Below, in pieces: positions 1 through 10,278 of a DNA stretch of 64,000 bases. Source of the stretch: Flectonema sp. DT1601. Its lineage: Eukaryota. The stretch is from positions 744,001-808,000 of the forward strand of contig OZ025796.1 of NCBI GenBank assembly GCA_964019425.1, given 5' to 3'. Position numbers and translations under genes: made by a program. The notes under the pieces are model-generated. The model saw only the letters and a list, made by a program, of their open reading frames with translations, did no database searches and was not told the DNA's origin. The stretch's first letter is position 1; the number at the start of each line of letters is the position of its first letter.

Positions 1-1
1 C

Positions 2-415
2 CTGTAATTTATAAATCATTTCCAGCACAGGAAATGATCCTTTCGTCGTGGTCACACATTCCTTTTTTTTATGTAGTTCACTTTCAACTAGTGCAATGGG
101 TCCTCTGTGTGTCACTAACCTCTTTTGGACCCTCATTGGCGGGGTTGGGATGAGACATTTTGCGAGTGTTTCTATTTTAATTAACGGTTCGTAAATAAAA
201 GTCTCAAATCGAGTACCGATGACTCTCTCAGTTCTGTAGAACGAAACGTCAGCGACATCTTTAAAACTCTCAGCTAGCTTTCGTCTTGCTGTCGAAGTTA
301 AGTTGTCGGCCAATACTTTGACTTCTCTCTTATGATTATGAGTTCTCATACTCTTTGTTGATACAAATGTTCTAAAATTCATTAACTTTTCCCTGTTAAT
401 AGGTTCTTTACTCAT
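2..415 (-). CDS. Partial hypothetical ORF running off the left window edge
   Basis: Manual translation from ATG 415 (MSKEPINREKLMNFRTF...) is stop-free to position 2 (138 codons); same strand as all neighbours; no family recognised. Confidence 0.4.
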   Translation of the reverse strand, partial: MSKEPINREKLMNFRTFVSTKSMRTHNHKREVKVLADNLTSTARRKLAESFKDVADVSFYRTERVIGTRFETFIYEPLIKIETLAKCLIPTPPMRVQKRLVTHRGPIALVESELHKKKECVTTTKGSFPVLEMIYKLQ

Positions 416-696
416 AACAAGTGTGTGGACCCCATCATGGAAGAGTTCAAGATTTACCATCTTTGGCACCGACGCTGAAGAAGAACAATTTTATCCAAAG
501 AAAACTTCACCGACAAGGAGATGCGAGAAGGGTAAAACAAAGATGCCAGGTTGGTAGCCATCGTTGCGTCCATAGAAATGCCGCAAACTATCGAAGACGA
601 ACCAGAAGAAAAGAAACTCAAAACAATAAACCTTAAGGCAAGTATGCGAAATCTCTCACCAAGTTTTCTTTTTAAAAACTCCAAACCTGAGTGACA

Positions 697-2157
697 TTAT
701 TTCCTTGACTGCGGTCTCTTTGCTGTGCCGTTTTTCTTACGGTGTGACTCAGAAGAAGGGGACGGAGACACGTGAATTGCTCGACCATTTGGTGTACTCC
801 CTCTCCCAGTTGGAGACGGTCTTTGTTCCGGAGTACGAGCAGATGAGCCTGAAGATGCGACTGAACGTCGGGGAGCTGGCTGCTTCATGTCAATGGAACG
901 AGTTTCTGGAGAGAGGGCCTGACTGCTGCTACGTGAACGCTTCTTCTTTCTACGCCCTCCACTTGAATTGCCAGAGCTATCAGCCGAACTGTGAGCACTG
1001 TGAGTATAATGAGAAGATAACTGTCCTCGTGTTCCAGCTCGTGGTAATCCAATTGGAGGAGTAACTCCACTCGAACCCGATCCTGCAGAGAATGATCCTC
1101 CTCGACTTCCATCTTTCAAAGAAATATCTTTTAGAGTTCTCTCGGATACCTGACTTCTGCGTGCCTGCCAATTCATTAGCGACTTTCTCGGAGTTCCCCA
1201 TTGATCTAAGTCAGAAGACGGTGACTTCAAAGCTCCCTGTAATGGGCTAATGACCTGGATATTCACGTGCTTATCCAACACGTCTCCACGAGACTGTGCA
1301 GGTGGGACCATTCCTTCGGTCATTTTTTCCTTTTTGAGATCTTCTTTTTGGAGTTTTGGGGATTTCTCCTCGGGACCTTTCCCGGCGTAAGTTGACATTC
1401 GGCGGGTTTGATCCGATTGTGGCACCACCAACATCATAACGGCGCTGTGCAGTTTTCCAGCCATACTCTTCGTAAATCCTTTGCGAAGAACCCAAAAGAC
1501 TGAGAAGCCTGCAGCAGCAGCACACAATAAGATCCCAATAATAAAGGGGACTAACGCCTGCTCTGATGGGGTAACGACGAAGGTTACTTCTGAAGAGCAA
1601 CTGCTATCTAAACCATGGTCTTTACCCTGACATTTCCAACAAGTAAAGGACGCTTGGAAAGCATTGTTCCAGGATCGTTCCATGTGTTTGAGTGACAGCA
1701 GTCGAAGCTTATCCATAGCAGCAGGAGGGCTGCTCAACTCAGAAAGTGTCAACATCGGCCAAGCTGCAGAGATAGCAGACTGACACACTTCCCCGGGATA
1801 AGGTTTATGCAGAGTTGAAGTCCCATTGGAACCGTTTGAAATGCACCTAACTTCATCCCACAACAGCACATCCATCCCGTCTATTGACACGACTACGTTT
1901 GCTGCTACTCTAGGCGATCCAATTTTAACACCCAGACAACCACTGTAGTCTGCTTCAGTAATCTCAACCACTCGAATGGGTGGTACGCACTGCAACTCAC
2001 GGCAACCATTCTTCAAACCGTCTGACGTAAATATCAAATAAATCCCAACTCCCATCAGTGTAAATACCAGTAACGCATAAACCACGGAACAAATAATTCG
2101 ATACTTACGAGGGACTGTTAAGAATATGTCCCCTTCATCATCTTCTGAGGGAGTCAT
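697..2157 (-). CDS. Hypothetical membrane protein: two TM segments flanking a Cys-rich loop, Ser/Arg-rich tail
   Basis: ORF 697-2184; hydrophobic IICSVVYALLVFTLMGVGIYLIF and LVPFIIGILLCAAAAGFSVFWVL; ATG 2157 follows a pyrimidine tract + CAG. Confidence 0.7.
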   Translation of the reverse strand: MTPSEDDEGDIFLTVPRKYRIICSVVYALLVFTLMGVGIYLIFTSDGLKNGCRELQCVPPIRVVEITEADYSGCLGVKIGSPRVAANVVVSIDGMDVLLWDEVRCISNGSNGTSTLHKPYPGEVCQSAISAAWPMLTLSELSSPPAAMDKLRLLSLKHMERSWNNAFQASFTCWKCQGKDHGLDSSCSSEVTFVVTPSEQALVPFIIGILLCAAAAGFSVFWVLRKGFTKSMAGKLHSAVMMLVVPQSDQTRRMSTYAGKGPEEKSPKLQKEDLKKEKMTEGMVPPAQSRGDVLDKHVNIQVISPLQGALKSPSSDLDQWGTPRKSLMNWQARRSQVSERTLKDISLKDGSRGGSFSAGSGSSGVTPPIGLPRAGTRGQLSSHYTHSAHSSADSSGNSSGGRRKKKRSRSSSQALSPETRSIDMKQPAPRRSVASSGSSARTPEQRPSPTGRGSTPNGRAIHVSPSPSSESHRKKNGTAKRPQSRK

Positions 2158-2331
2158 CTGATTGACAAATAAAAGAATAAACATAACAGTATGTTCTTTA
2201 CGATAAGAATCAGAACGAAGTGCTGTAAAACACTTCAGCCTTCATCAGTAGAATGAAGTTGCCGATCTATAAATCACTCAAAGGTTATGATTGCAGTCTA
2301 CTTTTGGACACAATCAATTTATTAGCAGAGG

Positions 2332-3537
2332 TTAAATAATTCCCCACCTCTGTTTCGATAGTAAGAATTTGAGAGGTGGTCGATAAGGAACAATATCAGG
2401 AACAGGATACTCAGAGCAGAGACGCTGGCTGTGAATCTTTGATTGCAGTTTCAAGTCTTTCCATATTGACTGCGTGTGAACACCTCCCATTAATGAATTA
2501 GAAGTCGATGGTCGAACTCTTTTTAACCCTTCAGGAACTGACCAATTAGGTACCGTACAACACTGAAACTCAGGCAGTTTGCTAATTGAGTATTTCTTGG
2601 CTTTCTTTGGTGCTCTGAGTCCCTTCCCTCGACGTAATTTATTCTTTTCCTTGTTCTTATCACTTTGAAACACCCCAGCAAGAGAGCAATTATTAGGTAT
2701 TTGTGGAGGAAGACGAGGGAGCGAATGGTCGAGTGGCTTTGGAAGCGACTCCGATGAGTCGCCAACTGTCTTTAACAAGTCTCTTGTGAAGCACCACTGC
2801 GGAATTCTCCTTTCAGGATCTACGAGAATACCGGTTTTATGTTGCGGAGAAAATATTGTTTTTTGTGATGAGTTGATTTCACGCTTTCCTCTCTTCTCTG
2901 ATGGCCTTTTGCAAGTCTTCACAAGGTCTTCGTCAGCTGCGATATCAAAGCTGCTTCCAATTCCAACAGTGTGATCAGAAATAGATTTCCGCTGTTTATA
3001 AATATTTTGATGAGTGTGAGGGATCGCAATACCAGTATCCTTACCAGAGAACGTAAGATAATTAGGAAGCGTAGTCGGGTTAATGTGATCAATAGAAAAT
3101 CGTTTTTGAGGGGTTGACCCCGGGAGCTGGAGGGTTGCCGTTGTTTCGCTGGCGTCAGCTTCGAACATCTCTTTGAATTCTGAAAAGTCAATGAGACCAG
3201 AATTATCCGTGTCAGCTTCAGATATTAATTTGTCAATGTCAATGGTGAGACCAAATTCCTTTACATTCTTCCGAAGCAAATCCGACTCAACTTCACCGCT
3301 TGTGTTCGGATGACCTCCGAGAGCTACAAAAGCGTCGATAGTGTCCGCGTCTTTTAATTTCATTAATTCACGGTATGTTATTTTTAGCGCCCGCAGCATC
3401 CCTCGATACTTCTTTTGGAACTCTGGAGCAGGTAGAAATGTTGTTATCTCATCGTACCATCCGTCTTTAATTTCTCTCCGTCCTAACTGCTCTTGTTCAA
3501 GTAGTTCTTCCAGCACTTCGATGAATTTTTGTTTCAT
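2332..3537 (-). CDS. EF-hand protein with calmodulin / flagellar dynein LC4-like C-lobe and long disordered tail
   Basis: DAFVALGGHPNTSGEV...EFGLTIDIDKLISEADTDNSGLIDFSEFKEMF contains a canonical EF loop (DTDNSGLIDFSE). Confidence 0.75.
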   Translation of the reverse strand: MKQKFIEVLEELLEQEQLGRREIKDGWYDEITTFLPAPEFQKKYRGMLRALKITYRELMKLKDADTIDAFVALGGHPNTSGEVESDLLRKNVKEFGLTIDIDKLISEADTDNSGLIDFSEFKEMFEADASETTATLQLPGSTPQKRFSIDHINPTTLPNYLTFSGKDTGIAIPHTHQNIYKQRKSISDHTVGIGSSFDIAADEDLVKTCKRPSEKRGKREINSSQKTIFSPQHKTGILVDPERRIPQWCFTRDLLKTVGDSSESLPKPLDHSLPRLPPQIPNNCSLAGVFQSDKNKEKNKLRRGKGLRAPKKAKKYSISKLPEFQCCTVPNWSVPEGLKRVRPSTSNSLMGGVHTQSIWKDLKLQSKIHSQRLCSEYPVPDIVPYRPPLKFLLSKQRWGII

Positions 3538-3881
3538 ACTTTGTACCTTTTAGTATCAGAGAGACTTTGTGTCATAGGGTTCCCAATTATAACTTTCACA
3601 GTGTTCCTGTGATGAAAAATAACAGTTATTTCTTACGGCTATGTTTGTCATCACTCAGGCTATCTGTCTCATATGGTTACTTTAACTGAAATAAACATAA
3701 AGATGAATTATAAGAATTTGTTGTCTCCAGTGGGTCAAAAATGTGTAAATGGCAAATAAACAGCAAACTGAACGAAGTGATGTTACAACAACAAATAAAC
3801 AAACATCTCGTGAGTAACTGAGCTGTGACATAGCGAACCTTTAAAACGATGTCAAGGAAAGGAGAGGAAATGTTTGGAATT

Positions 3882-6212
3882 TTACAAAAAAGGCGGTGAC
3901 GGTGACAAAAGAGGACTAACATCACAATAAGGGAACACACAGTCGAGTCTTTTCTCAACCCAATTACCCTTTTCAGTACGCGTCCAGTTTTGATTTTGAC
4001 AACCCAATGCAACTCGACAAGGCCTTTTCTTTTTAAAGTCATCTTTTGGTGGTAACGGTGTAATAAAATTGAGATCCTGCTGACGACTTCCCTGTTTATG
4101 TAAAAACGATGCCAAGGCCACCCCAGAGGGAATACCGAGAGCAGCAGCTTGCGTTGGAGTCAACGATTGAATAGAATTCTGGTACACCAGATCACTCTGA
4201 AGATTAATGTTGTGCCAATAGTGCCAAAAGAAAGGCGGCTTGTTGGATGCAAAAAAGTGATTTGCAATTTGATTAGCGCAAAGCTGCTTGATTGGGGGTT
4301 TGAGAGGGTAAAAGACAAGCGGCAGGCAGTTAACAGAAGAAAAGAAACTGTCGAAGTCGTTTTGCGCTTTTTCAGCATCCTCTTCGCTCGTCTCGGTAAC
4401 TTCGAAACTCTCAAGCTCTTCAAGTGCCCGAGAAAGTGTACGAGATTGACGAGCCCCTCGCTTAAAATTACAGCTGTCTATTAGTGTGGATACTTTACTA
4501 AATCTGATGAACTTTTGCTTCTTCTCAGGGACATTAGTCCTCAAATCAGTGAATATTGTCGCTCGCCTCTTGTCCTTTAACTTACTTCTCTCTTTTATAA
4601 TTGTTTTGTTTTGATAAATAAGTGACGTGGGTTGTTTTTGGGACTCGGCTTTGTTTTGATCTTCTTGCATTGCCTCTGCTTCCCTCATTAGCTGTGCCTT
4701 CCTGCGGGCTTCAGCTACAGTGTTTGCGATGTATTGTCGGGTAATGCTGATTCTTATCAGGGGAAACTTCATCGAAATTATTGCCATTCGACATACTAAC
4801 GCAGCTATGCAGACGACGTAATCTACAGTGGAAACAAGTCGCAAAGTATATCTTCTTCGAGCCTTTAATGCGGCTGCGGGTGCAGAGCAAAGAGAGACAT
4901 CTGGTTTTAGTGAAACTACCTCTTCCCTCATCGTCTTTGGAACTCTTATCTTGTTTGGGATTGCTGGTCGTTTCTTTTGAATTAGATTCGATTCAGCTTC
5001 TCGAAGTGCCAAATGTCTTCGAATTCCAGCAGCTGCATCATTCGTACTACTGAGTTCTTTCGTCAAGTCTGTGTGTCGCGTATTTGCAATGGCTTTTGAA
5101 TTCTGTGAAACAGCTAAATGAACTAACATGTTCCTTACGGTTTTTGATTGAGTGCCAACATACGAACCAACGTCGTCAAGCATACGAGCGGTTTCATCTT
5201 TTCGGTTTGCAATCTCTTGTTGTTCTTCTCCATATATCGCAAGTGGTGTTGGATCGATTGGAAATAAAGGAGCTTCTGTTGGAGTCAGAAGTGGTGATAT
5301 ACACTCTGGGATCTGTTTACGTCGTTCATCAACATCAGTTTCTGTAATCATGCAAACCAGCATTGCGACGATTCGAATCTGCGGAGTCACTAAGAACTTG
5401 GGACGTTGTTCCTTAGGAAGTCGTTGGATTTTTATTAAAGAAAGCAGAGACAGTACCATCCGAGCAAGAGCTCTCAATGTGAGTTTTTTTAAAGTAATCG
5501 CCGACAGCTGTTGTACTTCCACCTTTCCAAACTTCGAAGACATTTGCGATAACTCTTTTCCCGTAAATTTAAATTTGAACGTCGGTATAGACACCGATCC
5601 CAGTAGTTTTTCTTTTGTAGTGTCGCGTTGTTTACTTAAAGTAGCCTTGCATTCTCGATATGACATAATAAATTGTTTAATACAATCAACACGTATTGAG
5701 GTAACAATGTATCTTTTCTTACTCATCGGGATATCTAGTGACATGTACTCTTTATATAAACGGTCTTTCTCTGCCGTCGTCGTTGCATTTTTTGGATTTT
5801 GACGAGAGAGCGCTGCCGCTGCAGCAATTTCAGTCTTCAAATGCTTTCTCTTTTTAGACTCATAAACAATCCACTCAGTTATGTGTTCTTGTATTTGATT
5901 TTCTCTTACTTTCTTGTACCATCTAAAGGCTCTTTGTATCTTCTTTACAATTCTTAAATGTCTCTTCAGCGCATGTCGAAACAGATGTCTACTGAGGAAG
6001 GCATTGCGAAACCATTGACAGTATTTACTAAACTCTGCGACTCCGGGTACTTCTTGTTTAATCATTTTAACAACCCTGGGAACACTCGCTGATATTAACA
6101 TTCCATGTGAAGTACACCAATCGTAGTGTTGAAGAGTGATCACACCAGAGTTCTTACGACCAAGTGTTCCATCAAAAGACAACAAGTCCGTGACAAGATC
6201 AGCAGTAGCCAT
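3882..6212 (-). CDS. Hypothetical basic/coiled-coil protein with an IQ-like motif
   Basis: 776-aa ORF; KKIQRAFRWYKKVR resembles an IQ motif. Confidence 0.65.
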   Translation of the reverse strand: MATADLVTDLLSFDGTLGRKNSGVITLQHYDWCTSHGMLISASVPRVVKMIKQEVPGVAEFSKYCQWFRNAFLSRHLFRHALKRHLRIVKKIQRAFRWYKKVRENQIQEHITEWIVYESKKRKHLKTEIAAAAALSRQNPKNATTTAEKDRLYKEYMSLDIPMSKKRYIVTSIRVDCIKQFIMSYRECKATLSKQRDTTKEKLLGSVSIPTFKFKFTGKELSQMSSKFGKVEVQQLSAITLKKLTLRALARMVLSLLSLIKIQRLPKEQRPKFLVTPQIRIVAMLVCMITETDVDERRKQIPECISPLLTPTEAPLFPIDPTPLAIYGEEQQEIANRKDETARMLDDVGSYVGTQSKTVRNMLVHLAVSQNSKAIANTRHTDLTKELSSTNDAAAGIRRHLALREAESNLIQKKRPAIPNKIRVPKTMREEVVSLKPDVSLCSAPAAALKARRRYTLRLVSTVDYVVCIAALVCRMAIISMKFPLIRISITRQYIANTVAEARRKAQLMREAEAMQEDQNKAESQKQPTSLIYQNKTIIKERSKLKDKRRATIFTDLRTNVPEKKQKFIRFSKVSTLIDSCNFKRGARQSRTLSRALEELESFEVTETSEEDAEKAQNDFDSFFSSVNCLPLVFYPLKPPIKQLCANQIANHFFASNKPPFFWHYWHNINLQSDLVYQNSIQSLTPTQAAALGIPSGVALASFLHKQGSRQQDLNFITPLPPKDDFKKKRPCRVALGCQNQNWTRTEKGNWVEKRLDCVFPYCDVSPLLSPSPPFL

Positions 6213-6377
6213 TTTATAACAAAAACTAAGGGGAGAAACAATAGTTACAATTCATTGATCAACTACTTCAATCATAAGTACAGATACAGCTCTTGTCGTA
6301 TTCGATTATCGACACAACAAAGTAAGGATCTACTCACATTTACAATTCAGTTGTATTGTTGAGGTCTAAATTCTAAA

Positions 6378-8729
6378 CTAAAACAGCGTAGCAATCACTC
6401 GTGAGTTGTGATTGTTTGCCCAAAGCATCCATCGACGATACGAACGAGCAAGGATCATATTACGAGATAACGAAGAGAGGAACACAACTTGTTTCGATCT
6501 CAGCATCTGCGACGACAGCAGCATCAGCGAAAGGGAGTCTCGTTCCGAAATCAGCTGCGAAAGCTGCCCGGAGGTAGCATCCGCGCGGGTGGCAGAGTCC
6601 GAAAGATATGAATTCTTTTCTCTTAAATTACTAATTTGTTCTTTCAGGGACTGACATTGCAACTCAACACGCAACTTGTCGGCTTCAAATAAAGATTTCT
6701 CAGCAGCAGCAGAACTCCTGTCTGCCGCAACTTTCACTCCGGAACGTTTCTGAGATGCCAACTCGCTCTCCAGACCCGCAATGCGGGTTTGTGCGGCAAC
6801 CAGCTTTGCGTTCGCTGCATCAATTTGTGAAACAAGCGTTTCAGTTGAGCGAGTTGCAGGTTCAACAGTCGATCTAATGACGTAGAGTGGAGAGGGTGTT
6901 TCATTAGTGTTTCCGATTATTGAACTCCAAATCCATTTCGTAAGTGCTGAGCGTTGGTAACGGGAAGGAGGATGAGAGAGTCCCGACCCAGTTCGAGAGG
7001 AGTCTGTTTGGATTCGAAGTTCCGAAACGGCTCTCTCGAGTTCCCTCAACTCTTCGAGATCTTCACTAAAGGCTGACAACCCACACGGAGTACCATCACT
7101 CGGGGGTGAAATATCGCTCTCCGGTCTTCCGCTCGGTGGAGCAGGTGATGTCCAGCCGAGTTTCTTGTCCGTCAGGTGTCGAATCCATTTTATTAATTCG
7201 TCATCTTTATAAACAACTTTAGCGGCTTCGTTTCTGTTAGTTCTGCGCTTCAAGTCGATCAATGAAGATCTCAGAGTGCCGTAGTCCATTTCTACAGATC
7301 GTATTCTGTTTTGGATCACACGGATGGTTTCTGTAGCTTCTTCGAGTTTATGTGACTGCGATATGACCTTTGCTGTACCATCAATAGGAGAATGAATAAC
7401 AGGATACAATATATCGATATTTCGCGCTGCAGCAGATTTCTTAGCCGTCGTTACCCTTTTCCTTATCTGTTTCGTTGGTGTGCGTGTTACTCTCTCTCTC
7501 TTTTTAGGACTTGTTGCTGATGATGATGAGACGCTAGTTGCTATTCTAACCAGCCTTTGACTACTACTATCAGGACCCTCTCCGCAACACCATATTTGAT
7601 AACCTTCTCCCTTAGTATCTGGTATTTTTGTAATGGAGGAATACTTTCGTAAGAATGCTGTTCTCTGCAGACCAGAGTCCCACAACCGAAAGGTTTGTGT
7701 ACAACAATAAAGGATGTGACCGGTGCTGCAAATTATCCAAACATGATTGTTGCTTCCTAGCACTACATGTTCGAGATTTCCATATGTTACTTTGTCCCAT
7801 GTGATAGTACTTTCTGGTATTAATTCAGATCGTACTTCTGAATAAGTATAAATACAATCACTATTACACGTCCATATTGTATTACTAATTGCTGTTATCA
7901 ACATTAGTTGTCTTGTTGGACTGTTTGTACTTGAGAGTTGTAGTACAGGTGTACCAGAGTAACCATTCACACCATAAACAATACCTAAAGTAGTAGCATA
8001 ATAAAGAACATCGTGTGACAACACTATTCCGTCTTGTAGAACAGTTTGGTTAGAGTCGACTTCAATAATCCAATTCCTCACAATATTTGATGAGCTACAA
8101 GTATGACAACCAACCTGACCATTTACAGTTGCTGTGAAGATTGCTCTGAAATCAGATGTGTGAACTGCGGAGACTTCTGAGGAGTAGATTTGCTTTGGCT
8201 GCATTGTAACAGTTGCCTTCGCAGCGTTTAAGAGAATTGCAGCCCCAGAAGCAGTGAATGTAATCACTGAGGCTGTCACAACAGTACCTGGAATAAATAA
8301 CATTTTTGTGACTACATCATCAAGTCCTCTAACCACAGCAAACAGGCATCCATCACTAGAGTCGTGGATTGTAATTGTTTTGTCTTCACGAGCACACCAA
8401 ACTGTAGTAATGGTGAGTACAGCAGCTGTTGTTCTACAGTTGATAATAACATCTTCCACGAAGTGTAATTTAATAGGAGACTCGCTTGTGTTGTTTCTAC
8501 GTCGTTCCCTAACAAGTTCGGTTTCAACTTTTAGTTGCAATTTATTTTCTGGTGATGGGAGTTCTACTTCTTCACCGTTTGCGTATCTTGGACTCGCACT
8601 CTTCGAAGGACTTACTTCCCTGACGCGGGCTCTCAATCGCTGCAACTCTTCTCTCATTAATTCATTCTCCCTTTCCGTTACTACGATCTGTTCCGTCAGT
8701 TGCTCAACTGCCTCTCTCGGTGAGCTCAT
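6378..8729 (-). CDS. Hypothetical protein: coiled coil, probable beta-propeller region, coiled coil
   Basis: Long ORF; repeated beta-strand/W motifs (TVWCA, TIWTC, HVWII, QIWCC) between heptad-rich termini. Confidence 0.65.
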   Translation of the reverse strand: MSSPREAVEQLTEQIVVTERENELMREELQRLRARVREVSPSKSASPRYANGEEVELPSPENKLQLKVETELVRERRRNNTSESPIKLHFVEDVIINCRTTAAVLTITTVWCAREDKTITIHDSSDGCLFAVVRGLDDVVTKMLFIPGTVVTASVITFTASGAAILLNAAKATVTMQPKQIYSSEVSAVHTSDFRAIFTATVNGQVGCHTCSSSNIVRNWIIEVDSNQTVLQDGIVLSHDVLYYATTLGIVYGVNGYSGTPVLQLSSTNSPTRQLMLITAISNTIWTCNSDCIYTYSEVRSELIPESTITWDKVTYGNLEHVVLGSNNHVWIICSTGHILYCCTQTFRLWDSGLQRTAFLRKYSSITKIPDTKGEGYQIWCCGEGPDSSSQRLVRIATSVSSSSATSPKKRERVTRTPTKQIRKRVTTAKKSAAARNIDILYPVIHSPIDGTAKVISQSHKLEEATETIRVIQNRIRSVEMDYGTLRSSLIDLKRRTNRNEAAKVVYKDDELIKWIRHLTDKKLGWTSPAPPSGRPESDISPPSDGTPCGLSAFSEDLEELRELERAVSELRIQTDSSRTGSGLSHPPSRYQRSALTKWIWSSIIGNTNETPSPLYVIRSTVEPATRSTETLVSQIDAANAKLVAAQTRIAGLESELASQKRSGVKVAADRSSAAAEKSLFEADKLRVELQCQSLKEQISNLREKNSYLSDSATRADATSGQLSQLISERDSLSLMLLSSQMLRSKQVVFLSSLSRNMILARSYRRWMLWANNHNSRVIATLF

Positions 8730-8925
8730 TTTCGAACCTGTTTGCAATAAAATAATTTAACAACAATCGTACTAATGAACTTTACATTCAGCTAAAGACA
8801 AGTACTCAGACTCGTGAAATCTACCAAACTTAGTTGGTATCTGTCACTATGTCTTCACTTCGTCTGTAGCATAGTCGTCGAGTGATTCAGCAGCAGATCT
8901 GCTGCAATTTGATTTCATCATCTCC

Positions 8926-9465
8926 TTAGGGAAGTTCAGCATAGCGTGGCTGCCCTAATAGTTCCCTGAGGTTCTTCAGGGACTCCTCACCGAGAAGAAG
9001 CTTATCCAGCTATGTTAGCCGTGTCAGTAGACGAGTCACACAATTAACTAAGTTGAACAAAAAAAAAAAAAAAAACAGATTACCTTCTCAGTGATGAGCA
9101 TAGGCGATGTATGCTTCTAAAAGAATACAAAATATAATTACAATCTCCAGGATATGTGCCGTGTACGAGTGGAACTCTGACACCTGGAAGTCAACTTCTG
9201 ACGAGAGAACAGAAGTACTGCTTTGTATTTGATTGATTTGTTGAAGATTCTCAGGAGTGAGTCCTCCTCTCAGTTTTAATTCCTCCAGTTCCTTGTCTAC
9301 CTGAATTAGATCAAACTTTCTGATGTCCATTTCTTTCTTACTCGCCGCAGTCTTTGAGAAATGTTCCAAAACCTTCGCTTCTATTTCATTTATCCGACTT
9401 GCTGGGGTGTTGCTGGCCCATCGAATTCCTAACGCCCTTCTTGTTGAGATAAGTGCTCTTCTCAT
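8926..9465 (-). CDS. Small putative mitochondrial protein, three exons (9465-9142, 9116-9084, 9009-8926)
   Basis: N-terminus MRRALISTRRALGIRWAS is presequence-like. GT-AG introns 9117-9141 (25 nt) and 9010-9083 (74 nt, CTAAC just before TAG) give an in-frame ...ILEI/KHTSPMLITEK/LDKLLLGEESLKNLRELLGQPRYAELP*. Confidence 0.6.
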
Positions 9466-9939
9466 ATTTATAAAAGTTCTGAAAAAGAAAAAAAATACTC
9501 ACAGAAAGAGCTCATACAGTTTATCCTGCTTAAGAGATGACAGACTCTGTACTGGTTTCAGATAAAAAACAAAAAGAAAACGGCGACAATACAAAAGCCA
9601 AGGCAGGTAGGTTGTTTTGCAGAGTTGGCGCAAACAAATGCGCGTACTCACAGGAGCACTAGTTTAGTTTTCGTAGACTCACTTTGCCAAAGGCAATTAA
9701 TTAAAAAAGGAGTGAAATGACAAAAGCAATATCATGAGCACCAGAAACAAACGGCTATTCACGCGATGGAGTAAAAAAACTGAAACTGAATTGCAAAGCA
9801 ACAAATAAAAAGTAAATTGTCATGAAGAGAGTGATATTTATGTTATTTCTTAAAAAACGAACACCCTCACGGCATTCTACCTTAGTAAGTTACTCGACGT
9901 TACATTTATGTTTTATTTATCTAAGTTGACAATTTTACT

Positions 9940-10002
9940 CTGAGACTTGCACGGCTTAATCCTTGAAACAAGCATATGACTACTGGCAGGATCAACCAGG
10001 TT
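9940..10002 (-). rRNA. Isolated 5'-terminal fragment (63 nt) of 18S rRNA; pseudogenic
   Basis: Reverse complement reads AACCTGGTTGATCCTGCCAGTAGTCATATGCTTGTTTCAAGGATTAAGCCGTGCAAGTCTCAG, the conserved SSU 5' end; similarity then stops in AT-rich sequence. Confidence 0.9.
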
Positions 10003-10278
10003 TCTTGTTACTCTAACCAACAGGGAGTACCCGAAAGAAGTGATTTATTTAGACTTGCTCGGATTGATCCTAGAAATAATCAAATGACTACATGTTTAAA
10101 GTAATTCTTAACAAGAAGTCTCACTTTAGACGATTGTCTGTAAATATTAATAAAAGCAAGAGGAGGTGTTGGTTAACCGATTTGAGAAATCAACTTGAGC
10201 GAAGCAATAAAATAATAATATCTAAGGATGTTAAAGATTACCATTTCCTTAATTCATATCATCAATGAGTTGTCTGAA

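Noticed and set aside
454..684. 76-aa minus-strand ORF
   Set aside because: Non-ATG start and no recognisable family; could be an upstream exon of the 2-415 ORF but unsupported.
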